A DNA stretch of 63,343 nucleotides, filler included, from Octopus bimaculoides (GCF_001194135.2; 6 parts of 5 records of this genome joined end to end with filler, not necessarily neighbours in it), one strand, 5' to 3'; positions 1 through 14,438 are shown, numbered from the whole stretch's first letter. Notes: generated by a model from the letters alone, not told the origin. Numbers and translations are program-made.

Positions 1-224
1 TATATATATATATATATATATATCGACATAATAAAATGTCCAACAGTTGATGCATATCACCTTTGGATCCCCTCCATTTTCTTATTGCCGTGTATATATA
101 TATATATATAGGTGGATCAGTGATGCTACCCGTGGAAGATTGCATCAATGGAACAGCTTTGAGAGAATGAGAGAGAGCAACGGCTCTACTCCCTGGAGCG
201 AAGACGGGAGAGGTAATCAGTGAT

Positions 225-569
225 ATGTGTGTGGATAATACTGGAGGGCTGGTACCAAACTTTGGAACTCTCAATTATACCAGACCTCGAATTGTACCTC
301 ACTCTACTCTTCCAAAAGTCTCACTTATCTCATTTGAGGCGAGAACCATTTACCGCAATAGCTTGAGATTCAAGGGCCCGCAGCTATTTAACGCCTTGGC
401 AAAGCATATGAGGGGATCTCCATGGAGTGGAGAGAGATGTTTCAAGAAACAACTTGACCTATTGTCATCCAAGATCCCAGATGATCCAATATCAAGGCAG
501 GGAACTCAAAAGAGGGCAAGCGGTATCGGACTCCCCACTTCACCTAAAGCTAATCACCATTTGCTTTGA
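225..569 (+). mobile_element. 3' remnant of a CR1/L2-group LINE ORF2
   Basis: Translation SLRFKGPQLFNALAKHMR...FKKQLDLLSSKIPDDP matches the GPxLFNxLP...FKxxLDxxL..IPDxP C-terminal motif of CR1/L2-type ORF2; no upstream RT present. Confidence 0.65.
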
Positions 570-599
570 GGAAGTAATAAAGCATTATGTATGTGTGTA

Positions 600-636
<37 letters not shown>

Positions 637-1859
637 GTGCTTACATACATACCTAATGCTGTATTACTTCCTCAAATTAAGAGTTCTACAAAGAACGACA
701 AAGAAAACGATATTTTGAAATGACCGAAATCTCTAGTCTTGAAATCAAACATTAATCCGTTTCATTTCTATACGGTCGATTCTTCTAGAATATGCCTTCT
801 GCTGCTGAATACAAGCAACGTAGAGAAATGTTAAGCGTGCGGATAGATTCGAGCTCAGCCCAATGATATCAACAGCCGATATCTTCAAAAGTAGCTTCGA
901 GGTGTGTAGCAGCAGACCAGTTGTTTTGACTGAATCGAACTGTGATTCATTGTTAAATAACTGAAAGGATATATGATTTAGATGCTATGAGTAAAAATCT
1001 AGTTAGGAGTCTCGTCTAGTTATTTTCTAAGAGAGTGGCGAGACAAAAGTTAATGTAGTTAATATAGATAGATGTGACTAAGAATTTAACTGTTATACCG
1101 GGGCTGCTGGGTATATAATTTATACAAGGCGGACGGTGTTGACGAACATGATGAAGCGATTCATCTATTTACGCGAAAGCGATGTGTTAATGATAAAGCT
1201 TTGTGAAATTTAGGCAACTGACTGAAAATTTTGTTTGCATCACGTACAAGAAAAATGTAGACCTGATTCAGGTCCTTTAAGGTAAATACTTCTAACCCAT
1301 TAACTTAAAAGCAGAAGTGCCCATAAAAGGATTAGAAATCGTGAGAGTATATAATTGAAGACAAAAACTACTCATCAAGACTTTTAAGAACTGGGCTAAC
1401 TTTTTGGAACAAATTGAAGAGGGAGACGATGGGTGCGCATGGCTTGTGAAGCGCAACGACAAATATTTTAAATGCATATAATTAGTTAACGATAACCGAT
1501 CTCCAAAGAACATTATTGTAGCCAGTTACATAGAGTCATATACAAAACTGAATGGATATATACTGAAACGTATATACATAAATACTTACGTACGTGTGTG
1601 TGTGTGTACTCACATAAATTTACAAATATATCATATAAAATATATTGATGTGATCGTTTGCATGCGCATGTGTGTGTGTGTGTGTGTGTGTGTTTATGCC
1701 TTAGTATATTTATTGATTTGATAGATGAAAAACATGAAAATTATCCAAAGAAGCAGATAACCACTTAGATATAATGAAGTCAACCGAAAACCGCAACTAG
1801 TTTCTAGTCTACTTCCAAAACCTGTCTCGGCACTAAACACTCTGCCAAACTTAACTGAT

Positions 1860-2520
1860 AGTGATGTGATTCAAATTACATATCCATCTTTCAGCCAGTA
1901 TTCCAGAAATATGCTGTAATTGAAGAGGTAATTGAAGAGGAATGTATGAGTGTTGAAAAAGAAATTACTTGTAATTTTTAAGTACTGTATTTTGTTAATA
2001 TTGTATACCATATTTCCTTTATCTGTAAACCTATCAGGAAAAGTTGTCCGCCTTCTGTGCACACTATGCAATATCATTTCAGTACCTTGTTTTATTTTCC
2101 AAGTGTTGATGGTGAATTTTGTTTCATATGCTTCTTTTAATACGTTTTTGTTCTACCTCAGTTGTCAACATTTTTATTATTCCCAACGCATCTCTTATTA
2201 TGGGCATTGCTTCTATTTTCTATCCCCATATTCAAGTTCGATCTCTATTTATAGCTTCTGATATTCGTATGAACTCAGAAGCTTTTTTGAAAATCACTTA
2301 TTTTCACTGGAATCAGTAAATCAGGTAGGAGAAATGTCTATTCCATATGGGTTGAAATTCTAAATATATTATGCCTCTATGTGTACTTAATTCTGGGTAA
2401 GATTCTATTCTATTTTGGTTTTTCCTTTTGGATATTCTAAGGTGACTCCGTTTATAAAAATAGTCACAGCTTTCAGTCAACCATTTTTTCATCCAATGGG
2501 GATTTCTGCATTTTATCTAT
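1860..2520 (-). mobile_element. Heavily decayed Penelope-like fragment (thumb to GIY-YIG region)
   Basis: Broken minus frames give HNIFRISTH and CIVCTEGGQLFLIG, weakly like the PLE thumb and YCxxC..YIG segments; many stops. Confidence 0.3.
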
Positions 2521-2559
2521 TGTCGAATTATTCCAGCTTGTCACCTCAGTTTTTCTTAT

Positions 2560-2600
<41 letters not shown>

Positions 2601-2992
2601 CACACACACATATATATGTTCATCCTCTAATTCCTTATGTACTTTGTACTTCTATATGTAAACCATGTTGGCAAAATAACATAGTCTGCCATGGACACCT
2701 GTGCTTTGGTTCTTTCTTTCTTTTTCTTTTCTTCCTCCCTTTGTCACTTTTGCTATGAATTAAATTAATGAATTCAACGGGATACACCGTCTGCAAGTAG
2801 TTGGGTTCAGCATATTATCCTCCATTTTCTAATTGTTACACAAATTTTGGGTAAAACCTCCACTTTTACCCGCTCCCATTGATTGCACCTAGTATAGCAC
2901 TAGCGTAGCAATAATTGGGTACCCTCCCAGCAGTATACTGGATAGATACTATCCCTTAGTGGGTTGTACCCCCAACCCCTAACTCTCTCACG

Positions 2993-3026
<34 letters not shown>

Positions 3027-4543
3027 TAAATCTTTGTTCCTATAGTTTATACCTCAAAGCATTTTTATTACCTGCACTCTGCTCTATATATCCTTATATT
3101 ACTTAGGCGTATTATTTTGTCTTGTTCCTATTTTGTAGCTATTTGTATCATTTCTTTTCTTCTCATTCTTAACAAGATTTTCTGTAGTATTAGAATAAAT
3201 ATTTTGTAATAATTTTCCAGCTGAACATGATTTTTACATCATTATATTTCTGAGAAATAGTTGTTCAGGGTTAGCATTTGGGTGTGCATTTTGAATATTT
3301 GCCTACATATTATTTATATATTCATATGTTGTATAGCTAATACACTCAACACCCAATTCAGAATATTTTAACTGCTATTAATACAGAAGCAGTTAGAATA
3401 TTGATATTTATTATCTTATATTTGACATTCAGCTTTCTATTAACAACTATTAATCTAATGCATCTCTAATAGCACCTTTCAATCATTTTTTCTCCATTCA
3501 TGTGTAATGTACTACATATAATTAATTAATTGCTAAGTAAATATCTTATTCATTATTTAACATGATATTTACAAGATTTTTTTTTTCTTCTGTACCATGC
3601 AACTTAGAAATATTTTTATAAGTGAATGTCATGTCTTTTTCTTTCTATTTCCTTTCTATTTCCTTTATACTACATGTAACTGTTTTTGTTTCATTATCTG
3701 ATCTGTACGACTTTCTCTCGTACAGAGTGCAACGCGTTTAGCATAACCGCTTGCTATAAATGCAATTTTACACTCCTATTTTTTTGCACAATCCAAGGTG
3801 GAAAATGCTGTGAAAGCCTTCTATTTTAGAACACCTAGTTTATTACTAGCCCATGCTTGCTTATGACTTTTAAAGAATCACAGACAGAGAGTATTTCTAA
3901 AGCTTGGTTTTGTGGCGTCTTGTGTTATGTCTTTTTTAATGTTTATCGCTGACTATTTCTGAATTTCTAGAAAGAAGGCATTTACGTATTCTCATTGAAT
4001 TATTGAAAAGGGTGTTGAAAGTTGACATTTTCTTTTCTAGAATCGTGTTAATGAATTACTGCTAATGATGCTTGACGTCATTATCAGCAACATTTTCCAA
4101 ATTACGAAGCTGTTAAAGCAGTTAAAGCAAGTCTTATTGTCTGGTTGTGGTGGTGGTGGTGGTGGTGGTGGTGGTTTATATATGGACATAGTGGTGATAC
4201 TTTGGTGGTGATCTTTGTAATGATTCTAGTGATGGTTATTAACATCACAGCATATGGACAATTTTGACTTGATTGCTCTTCTTTTGTTGTAAAATAGCAA
4301 TGTTTGATATTATGACAATAGCAAAACACATTTTTAAAGGATTTGTTTCTAACTCTGAACAGATAACATCTCTAATCGAGAGCAAAATCTCATGCAACAA
4401 CGAAACACAGTAAGACAGGTGAATAAACTTTCTGCCTCATCACCTGTGTTTTCCTTGTAAAACGTTGACACTTATATATATACATACTTATATGCATACC
4501 TATTTACATATACTTACTTATATACATATATACATACAAATAT

Positions 4544-4588
<45 letters not shown>

Positions 4589-7500
4589 CATACATACATA
4601 CGTACATACATACATTTATTTATCACTTCAACGTGGAATTATAGTGTTGTTTATGATAGTAATATACATTTTACATAATAAAATAATTATAAATTGTCCA
4701 GAATCAAAACATATAATGTTCAGGTAGCAATTAACTCCTGTAATAACTTTACTGTTTATTTTCATGTTATATAATTCATAATACCTGTTCATAATCCATG
4801 ACAATCATTTTGATTCTCATGCTCGCACAAAATTAACTAACTTTAGAAAAATGGTCCGGCTGATACGAAATAGTTCTGAAACTGATATACATATTATTGA
4901 TCAAGAAACAACGCAAGGCAAGTTTTAAACCGAATTTGAACTTAAAACGTGCGCATATGTATATAAGTAACGTAATTATATTTGAATATCCCTTATTTTT
5001 CCAGAGCTCCATTCTAATACAAAAGTTATAGGGGTGATTGGTACGAGAGTGATAAAGTGGTTTAAAAAGATGATCTTATTGATCTGATGCTTCTGTTACT
5101 CTTCATGACAACGACGATGAAAATGATTTACAATGATGATGATTAAGAACGGAGAAGAATCCCGTCGACGACGACGATAGGGAGGAATAAAATGGGGATT
5201 TGCAACTTTTCCTTTCAAATTTACATAAGGCAACTAATTCGAAGTCTACTGTTAATTTCAATTTTATAGGCGCTGCTATAGGTTTGATATCAAATTAAGC
5301 AACTAGAATCACAAACTAATGTCATCATATTGTTCCTATATATAATATAATTTTATTGGAATAAATGATGCGTAACCCGAAAATATTGAAAATTTCTAAT
5401 GCAAAATCTGTCCGATCTATAACATAAATATATATATATATAAAAAAATACAGAAAATAAATTTGAAACTCAGAAAAGTTAGCCTAATGTGGACACATTT
5501 GAGAAGGCGTTTAAAGACAAACACAATAGACGAGATAAATTTCTTTCTATAATAATTTTTGTTAACATTATGAGAAAAATTAATACCGTATAGTTTTGAA
5601 CGAATAATTCTACATTTTGCAGAAAAATTGTATTGATAAAATTGAGGAAGCAAATGAAAATGGAAAACAAATCATTCTTAAGAAAAAGATTTTAATAATG
5701 TCTATAAATTTTTCACAAGTCTGAATACTTTTAAAAAGCATCAGATTAGATTCTTATACGTTTTGCCCAAACTGTGAAAGAAGAAAAGGGAGAAAACATT
5801 TTGCATCAGACAATTACGGACAGACACAATAGAGTTACTACATTTTTATTCTCGTGTTCTTGTGTAACATTGTTTAGAATATTGTGTAGAAAGACTTATT
5901 GGAATAGCATAGACTAATGTTTTTACACCTGACATCATTAAAAAAATATATCGAAACAAACAATTTCAAACGGAAAAAACAACGTGAAAATATTCTAGTA
6001 GCAAATTTGTTACTTGTATAGAAAATTTGAAGAAACAGAAGATTAGATTATTTACGAGCTGTCCAGTTAAGTTCCTGGAAAAAATAATATAAAGATACAC
6101 AAGAAAAGGAGAACTATTAGAGACGGATAAAAACAGAAGAGATAGATTTATTTCTTACAGAAAGATATTGATGAAAATGTTAGGAAAGAGAGCACGGAGT
6201 AGATATATGCAATCTAATTGGCACAAATGCCAGATCTTATACATCAAAATGAAAGGAAACATATCCTCAACCAATGAGATAGGCCAAAATTATATTATAT
6301 AACCACTTCAGACATACTGAGTTTTTCTTTTTCTCTTCCCTTTACTTCAGTGTCTAACTACAAAGTGTGAATTTAATTATAAACTATCTAAACGGCGCTT
6401 AATAGTTTTCAGTTTCCAATTCAAACTATTCAAACTATCTTCTATTCGGATATTGATGCACTTATCTTAGTTGTTCTATTGATTTTCACATCTGAGTACT
6501 AAGTAAGAACGGATTCGGGATAGGAAAATAAGATTAGGTGAACTTCATGCCTTTATCCTGAGATTAGCTCAGCTACAGAAATGAATTTGTCCCCAACTAA
6601 AATCGAAAGGTGTTAACGGACGTAACATATTGTGTCTAGTAATTGTCATATTCATTACAAGCTCAAAATATATCTTAAAGGTGAGAGAAAATAAAACAGT
6701 GGCATTTACATTTCTTATAGCATTTCAGAACTGAATCCAGAGTGCCGACTCATCTCTACAGAAATGTAACTTATACATCGTTTACCAATTATGATAGTAT
6801 GTCGAGATTGTGGCTACCGAATTTAACTATTACTGTTGTAATTACCAAACAGAAATTAACAGCTTTATTTCTCTGAAGGAGGCGCCAGTTGTGGTTAGAG
6901 ACGTTTTCTCACATGTAAAAATCAATATATTTACGCTCCACATGCTTAAAAGTTGTTAGTACTGTGTATAATTAGAAATCATCTTTTAGGTGTATTACAA
7001 AGGTTAGATTAAGAAGTTTTCTTTCGAATGGCAAAGCAATGGTTTCCTTTTCTGCATCTGTTGTTTATGGGTCACTTTGTCAGCCTCCTATTTATCTGAA
7101 CTTACACGGAAGGCCCAGTACAATCTATTTAACCTTTAGGAAAGAGAAATCATCTAGGTGAAATGATGTCATGGACCCATCATTCTACTATCGTTTCTTC
7201 CCAAATGTGCAATGTTTCGTATAGTTTTTATTTTGTTCTTAGATTACTGACAACGATTACCCTATGAAAGTTATTCAGGCATAACGTAAAGTTTTAGTAA
7301 CAGTATATAGCACTAAGAATAGTAATCAACATTCTATTGAATTAGATGTCTGAGTATATAATATTTAATTTAAAAGATTAGTTGAAATTAAAGCTCTAAA
7401 GTATTAAGAAATTTTCAGTTCTTCAGCTTTCTATTACACCACATATTCCAAATTTCCCAGAAAACATGTTGGCAATTGCTTTATCTTCAAAAATGGGATG

Positions 7501-8030
7501 AGAAAAATGTTAGTTGAAATTGAAAAACTTGAAAAAGTATTAACATTTAAGTTCGATTTTTTGGAAGTCACGAGTGTCCCATAGCATAATTAGAAGGGTC
7601 GTTTAACTGCAAAAATATCTAAATGTTTATTTGTCTGGTAGTAACTTACTTGCAGAAACCCTCTTCTAGTAGTATATAAATAAAACTTTTATAGACTTTA
7701 TACTTTTCCACAAGCGCTATTTTCTACCGTGTATGGTTAGACTTGGAATACTTCTTCTGGTACCCATCGCATTGATTAACGCCTTCCTGATATGGCCTTC
7801 CAAAATTATGCAACCGAAAGTCATCGTTTACTCTGCGATCAAACAGGTTGACAAGCAGTGACATGATCCATGGGTCGTCGTGTAAATCTTCTACAAATAG
7901 GATTGTCTGGGATCTGCTAAAATATGGTGAAATATAAAGAAGTGATTTTAAATACTCAAACGCAAGATAATCCTGATAATATAGCCTGGACAGGATAAGC
8001 TACCCATATTTTGCAGAAAAAAAATGTTCG

Positions 8031-8108
8031 CGGCTAGCTAATGAGACTCGAACTCACACCTTCGTGATTACGCGTCGCGGTGCTCTAGACCGATTAAGCT
8101 AAAACGCC
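8031..8108 (-). pseudogene. tRNA-like Pol III unit (Thr-CGT-like anticodon loop)
   Basis: Minus strand: A-box TAGCTTAATCGG, anticodon arm CGCGA-CGCGTAA-TCACG, T-arm GTGAG-TTCGAGT-CTCAT, then a T-run. Acceptor stem broken and position 33 is G. Confidence 0.5.
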
Positions 8109-8317
8109 CACACCCCACATACTTCTGCAAATTTTAAGATGTATAGAAATCTCGTTTTATGAGACGCTATCATATGTTAAATTAAAATTACGATGAACAT
8201 AAACAAACAAACGAAGTTTGCTTTTAGAAGTGCTGAGATGTCTTAGAAAGTTAAAGAAGTGATTTTAAATCCTCAAACGCAGGATAATGCTAATAATATA
8301 GCCTGAACAGGATAAGG

Positions 8318-8410
8318 CCGGTCTAGAGCACCGCGACGCGTAATCACGGAGGTGTGAATTCGAGTCTCATAGCTGGCCGCCAACACTTTTTTCTGCAAAA
8401 TAGGGTTAGC
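8318..8410 (+). pseudogene. 5'-truncated inverted copy of the same tRNA-like unit
   Basis: ccggtctagagcaccgcgacgcgtaatcacggaggtgtgaattcgagtctcat...ttttttctgcaaaat is the near reverse complement of ~7999-8093. Confidence 0.6.
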
Positions 8411-8861
8411 TTCTTCTTCTTCGTCGTCGTCGTCGTCGTCTTCTTCTTCTTCTTCTTCTTCTTCTTCTTCTTCTTCTTCTTCTTCTTCATCATCATCATC
8501 TTCTTCTTCTTCTTCTTCTTCTTTTTCTTCCTTTTCTTCTTCTTCTTTTTCTTCTTCTTCTTCTTCTTCTTCTTCTTCGTCGTCGTCGTCGTCNNNNNNN
8601 NNNNNNNNNNNNNNNNNNNNNNNNNNNNNNNNNNNNNNNNNNNNNNNNTCTTCTTTTTCTTCTTCTTCTTCTTCTTCTTCTTCGTCGTCGTCGTCGTCGT
8701 CTTCTTCTTCTTCTTCTTCTTCTTCTTCTTCTTCTTCTTCTTCTTCTTCATCATCATCATCTTCTTCTTCTCCTTCTTCTTCTTCTTCCTTTTCTTCTTC
8801 TTCTTCTTCTTCTTCTTCTTCTTCTTCTTCTTCTTCTTCTTCTTCTTCTTCTTCTTCTGCA
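8411..8861. repeat. Compound (CTT)n/(CGT)n/(CAT)n microsatellite spanning a gap
   Basis: Directly visible; source of the poly-K and poly-F ORFs. Confidence 0.95.
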
Positions 8862-9683
8862 AGTAATTATAATAATGATAACAATAATGATGACGATAAT
8901 CATTATATATAATGATTATGAATATATACATATATATATGCATATATACGTATATATTCATGAACACACACATTTATATATATTACACATACATAAATCA
9001 AACAGCAGTTAATTACTATGATGGGTTTTACATTACGGTAGAAGTTTTAACATGAATTAATAGTAAGCATTTGTTTTAGTCCCCAAAGAAATATAGAAAT
9101 GAGCCTTTAATTGGAAGCTGGCCTTTCTAGAAAACCTAATAAATCATTGAAATGCTTGCATATCCCAAGAGTAGACAAAGTAATAGAAAGAAAAACAAAA
9201 ACGACAATATTGTTCTGTGGATGAGTAAGAGAGATTTTAAGTTTAGTATCGAATATGTCCAGAAATTGTTAACAAGCCTAATATCCCGAACAATTTTTAC
9301 ACGAACTATCACCCAAGCAACTTTCATTGCAAAACATTCGTCATTATGCCCACCGAGGGTTAAATCTAATGATGAAAAAAGAGTATTTTCATATGATGAA
9401 AACTACTCTTAAAAGCAAGACTGAGGGGTTTCTATCTAGTAGTGTTAGCAGCTAAATCTCTCTCACATTCGAGTGAGCGTCTTAAAAGAAAGGACGTATT
9501 ATGTAACGGAATCATACCAACACTGTTCCGGAAGTGCAGATATGTGTCTTAACTATATCATCTATTATAACGGTTGTTTCAGTTACGTGCGTGAGTGTGT
9601 GTGTGCGCGTGTATTTCAGTATAACTGTGTGTGCACATTACACTCTCTCTCACACACACATACACACGCATATACACACAGAA

Positions 9684-9717
<34 letters not shown>

Positions 9718-9960
9718 ACATATACATATATACTAAATCACATTTGATGAAGGTGGTGCCGGTTCTAAAGCTTCCTAATCATTTACTCGCTGTTGGCATG
9801 AGAGACAAGAGAGATTCCCAATATTTCCAAGGAATAGGGTTTTTTCCTAGGATTTCCTCGCTGATTTTAATATCCAAAACTGACATATAGTAGTGAAGAA
9901 TATACACACTAACATACATGCACACCGCACACACACGTATACACTTATAACCACATGTGA

Positions 9961-10145
9961 ATCGTTGGCCATTTTCTTCCTCCGTCTTCCTTTTTATTGG
10001 ATTTTCCTCTGTTTCTGAAAGAGAGCGTTGCTCGAAGCGTTAAACCATCTTTCTTTCTATCCCTGAGTATCTATTAATACTTTTCATGTACCATGTCCTC
10101 ACGTGGTTGTTTTTTTTTTGTATTTGTTCACCTTCATTTTTGGGA
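9961..10145 (+). mobile_element. Short repeat resembling a Penelope terminal repeat, with hammerhead-like motif
   Basis: Contains gttt-CTGAAAGA-gagc-gtt-gctc-GAA-GCGT-T-aaac and ends in (AT)n; layout parallels the 18.5-kb units. Confidence 0.5.
10011..10045 (+). ncRNA. Degenerate minimal type-I hammerhead ribozyme motif
   Basis: Stem I gttt/aaac, stem II gagc/gctc; core CTGAAAGA...GAA; stem III GCGT instead of ACGT. Confidence 0.4.
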
Positions 10146-10554
10146 TTTAATATATATATATATATATATTAATCTGTGTGTGCATGTATGTATGTATGTA
10201 TACATCTACATAAAAAGAGGCATATATGCGTATCCTATATAGACTTGTCAACATGTATTTATTAGCACCAAAACATATTCAGCACATGAAGTGGACTACA
10301 CATATATTATCAGAACTCGAAGCTTCTCACAAAGTAGTATTCGTGACCATTTTGTATTACAACATACTCACGGTTGTAGAATTAAATATTTTTCTTTTAA
10401 CTTATAAAATGAAAACTTGTGTTCATCATGAAACATAATTTAGTGAAACCTGCTTTCAAAAGTTATAAGAATATCAACACGTGTATAAAAACCTTCTGAA
10501 TATGAAGACTTGGGTTCTAAAGGCAAAATATATAGAATCTCCTACATGACGATT

Positions 10555-10931
10555 TGGCACTCCGTCGCGTACGACGTCGAGGGTTCCAGTTGGTCCGATC
10601 AACAGAACAGCCTCCTCGTGAAATTAACGTGCAAGTGGCTGAGCACTCCACAGACACGTGTACCCTTAACGTAGTTCTCGGGGATATTCAGCGTGAAACA
10701 GTGTGATAAGGTTGACCCTTTGAATTACAGGCATAACAGAAACAGGAAGTAAGAGTGAGAGAAAGTTGTGGTGAAAGAGTACAGCAGGGTTCGCCACCAT
10801 CCCCTGCTGGAGCTTCGTGGAGCTTTAGGTGTTTTCGCTCAATAAACACTCACAACGCCTGGTCTGGGAATCGAAACCGCGATCCTATGACCGAGAGTCC
10901 GCTGCCCTAACCACTGGGCCATTGCGCCTCC
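10555..10931 (-). mobile_element. Near full-length tRNA-derived SINE (family D here)
   Basis: Minus head GGAGGCGCAATGGCCCAGTGGTTAGGGC...GGTTTCGATTCCC with A/B boxes; body shared with the 45382-45698 copy; CpGs retained. Confidence 0.85.
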
Positions 10932-12026
10932 ATGCATACCGATTAGCAATATCTATTTTAACAAAGCATACATCTCACAACGTTTATAGAAGTGAGAAAA
11001 CTGTTCAAACTTAATGTTTATTACAACTTAATATATTTGACCACTGCAGTAACACTGGAAATCTGCAAAACTAGAGTATATTAGAATAACTGAAGGAAGA
11101 TATTCGGGATAATTATGAGCAAATAGACAACGATATAATCTAGGTTTCGAATCTAAATCAAAACTGTCGCCCTTGATGATGGTTTCTGATGAAAGAAGTT
11201 TATGTGTTTACCAGTGCCCAGGGTATTAAAGATACCGTCTATTTCATGGAGGATGTCAAAAGTATTTAACCAGATTGATCCTATCAATTTACGTAGTGTA
11301 CACAAGCGAGACATCCTCAAAGCAGTGACCAGAATATATTCGACATTTTCAACCAAAAAGAGAATCTTAACCTGGAAGCTCGTCTTCTTAGAAACGGCAG
11401 GCAATTATCTATCAACACATAATTAATGATTCTCGAAGTATCGAAGAATTATACATCTAGTAGCCCATTCTCTGAAATAGCAAATAAGAACTGGAACGCA
11501 GTGTAATGTAATCCTCTATACAACCGTAACTGAAAAAAAGGAGAAGGTCAATATTGCAAAACTGTACATGTGGCTGATCGCACCTATACTATGACAGACT
11601 AGCATTAAGTCACCTGAAAACAGAAAGGACATATTCCACTATCTATTCTTGGAGACAATGTTTGAAAACATGAGAAGAGATCCATGGCTGGAACGCAATT
11701 GATAATATTTATACGCTGCCAGGGTTTTCTTGAGCTAAGCAGTCCCAGTAAACTATCATACTTAAGTGTTATATACAATAATTTTGTTAATTTGGTGGCA
11801 GTGCATCATAACAGCTTATCCAATTTCTAGCAAATAGAAACAAGTCGCCAAAGAATCAAATGCAGTGATCCTGTCAGAAAAGTAGCATTTAATATTTCTA
11901 CTAGCTCGAAGAATTTATTCAAATTTAAGAACTGGTTGAATTTAAGAACAGCTTGAACATGTCTTAATTAGAAAGGACGTAGTTGTTTAAGAATTGAATA
12001 TATTTGCCACCAACAGCGCATGTGAC

Positions 12027-12296
12027 CAGTGACGGACTGGCCATTTTGCCAGCTTTCCTGATGCAAGTGGGCCCTTGTGCCATTAGAATCCATATATGAG
12101 GGCCCATACCCTGAAGTTTGAGAAATTTTTATTCACTCCTGGAAGAATGCATTAATTATTTCAGCCTGGATGTTTGTAGACAGTTACAAAGAATACTTTT
12201 AACAAAAAAGAAAAAAAATAACGGATAGCATTGTAGTTGCGGGTGAGCCCTCTTAGTCTCCTGGCAACCAATATTTTTAGACCCAGTCCACCACTG
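12027..12296. mobile_element. hAT-type MITE, 270 bp
   Basis: TIRs cagtgacggactgg / ccagtccaccactg (2 mismatches in 14) with exact 8-bp TSD catgtgac at 12019-12026 and 12297-12304. Confidence 0.85.
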
Positions 12297-14341
12297 CATG
12301 TGACAGTATACGAGACCCCTACATTTTAAAAATAACGAGACTTTGTTTCAATCGGCTGGTAACAGTATAGATTACACCGATTAAAAATAACTATTTTCTT
12401 CAATTACAATATTGGAGGCTTTAAGTTTTATTGATCTCGGAGTTATGAATATCTTAATCACTGTTGCTGGGTTTCAAACGACAATCGAAAATTCAGAGAA
12501 ACACTTGACAATTTATCCAGTTTCTGATCGGGTGTTCGCACTAATAGATGGTTTGTCATTGACATCTAAACTCTTCAATGACGTGAGATAAATTAAGTGT
12601 CAGGATTAATGGCCTAACACAAAGATTGCTGATGCAGAGAAACAGACACATTCATTTGACGTTCAATCGAACTTTTCACATAACAGCTATATGTGGCTCT
12701 GTGCGTACAACATTGAATTTATTTGCTATATATGTACGTATTCGTATGCATAGGTGTGAACGTATGTTAAGACAGATTCGGTAGTTATACTAAATCGTAA
12801 CACTTGGCGAAGTACATTAAGAATTTCAGTATTAACGTTTGCGCTAGGTAATCTTGACTACACTATCCCCAAGACACAATGAAATTTTGACGGCTATAAA
12901 CAGATATATATTGGCACACAGATGCATACACAACGTATATATATACTTGTATCCAAACATAGATAGGGACAAACAGACACAGAGACAGATAGAGAGATTG
13001 CTAGATAAACAGAGACATCACACACACATATGTATACACATATACATGTATACACGCAAGCATGCATGCATACATAAATAAATGAATGAATACATACATA
13101 CATACATACATACATACATACATACATACATACATACATGAGTACATTTTCACTTCAGACTGATTTTGAACTTGTCTGTGGATGAGCAGAAAATTTAACG
13201 CATCACCAAATTGATGTCTGAATACTAATATGTTACACAATGGTTTCTTCGTGTGGTCGTCAAAAGAGAATCATTATTTTGCTGAACCATATATTTGAAT
13301 TGATTAGTTTACTGTTCACATAGTTTGTACCTAGACACATCCTGTGTCATAGAAGTATAGGAACTGAGGTTACAGAGAACGTTCACTTATAACATAACTT
13401 CAGTTAAAAGCCATATTTATTGGGAAATCTACATCTCTTAACGCAGGGAGAGATAAATCGATATTTATATTTGAAAGACTCACGAAGGCCATATTCCGAA
13501 TTCCTGCATTGAAGAGAAGTTTACTGTACAAATTAGTAGATATTGCAAGACCCCATATTGCTACAATGGTCATATCATTGTAACAGAGACACATTGAATC
13601 CAATAACCAGAGACCCTCAAGTGTTTATCTGACTACATAAAGAAAACACAAGTATTAAAATGGGTTTCTCTTCCAGAAACATTGATTGAAAATTTGGTGC
13701 AATTCTATTGGAAAACCAATTATACACGGTTTATTCATGTCTACACCAACAACCTTGTGGTGATCTGATAAGCTAGCTTTCTTTATTTGCATTGATTTCT
13801 GGATACAGAATTATATTGTATAACGCCGAACATATATATTAATGCTAAAACGTAGCCATAATTTCTTCTATATCGAAATAGATATTACATGAAGAAAGTT
13901 GCGAAACGGCTGTAATCTTAATGCTGTCACGTAGTTAAATATATATTCACCATCCATACCTACTGATTTTTTTGGTTTATGTACTCCTCGTGAATTTATT
14001 CATCGAACGGATTTCAGTAAAACATGAACACTCTACATCACATTTCTCTGTATTAAATTACTATGTGATGTGCTTTATTCAGGACCAACAACATTGGATA
14101 AATAAAGAAATCATACATTAACAATTCAATAATACTGTGTCTAAACGTTTCAGACAAGAGTATTTATCAGAATAGAGGAATTGACCTTGGAAAGATTGAA
14201 AAAGAAATATAGACAGTGAAACTGGTAGGAGTGTTCAACTAAAGGGAGGAATTTAGAAGGATGGAGGGGTGGCAGGTAGTGTTGGTGTAAATATGAGTCG
14301 AACTATATTTCAATAGGGTGTCATGAAGAAAAGTGAGTGTG

Positions 14342-14375
<34 letters not shown>

Positions 14376-14400
14376 TTTGTATGCATGTACACACACACAC

Positions 14401-14438
<38 letters not shown>

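Noticed and set aside
5400-6300. Possible L1-like 3' remnant (CPNCE...HF)
   Set aside because: Too decayed to call.
7787-7830. cctgatatggcc...ccgaaagtc as a hammerhead
   Set aside because: Core lacks GA and stem II does not pair convincingly.
8344-8973. Long poly-K/poly-F ORFs and the apparent higher-order repeat across the gap
   Set aside because: Trinucleotide microsatellite; similar blocks on both sides of the N gap may be one array assembled twice.
13400-13603. Frame open on both strands for ~60 codons
   Set aside because: No recognisable motif and no convincing splice pair.
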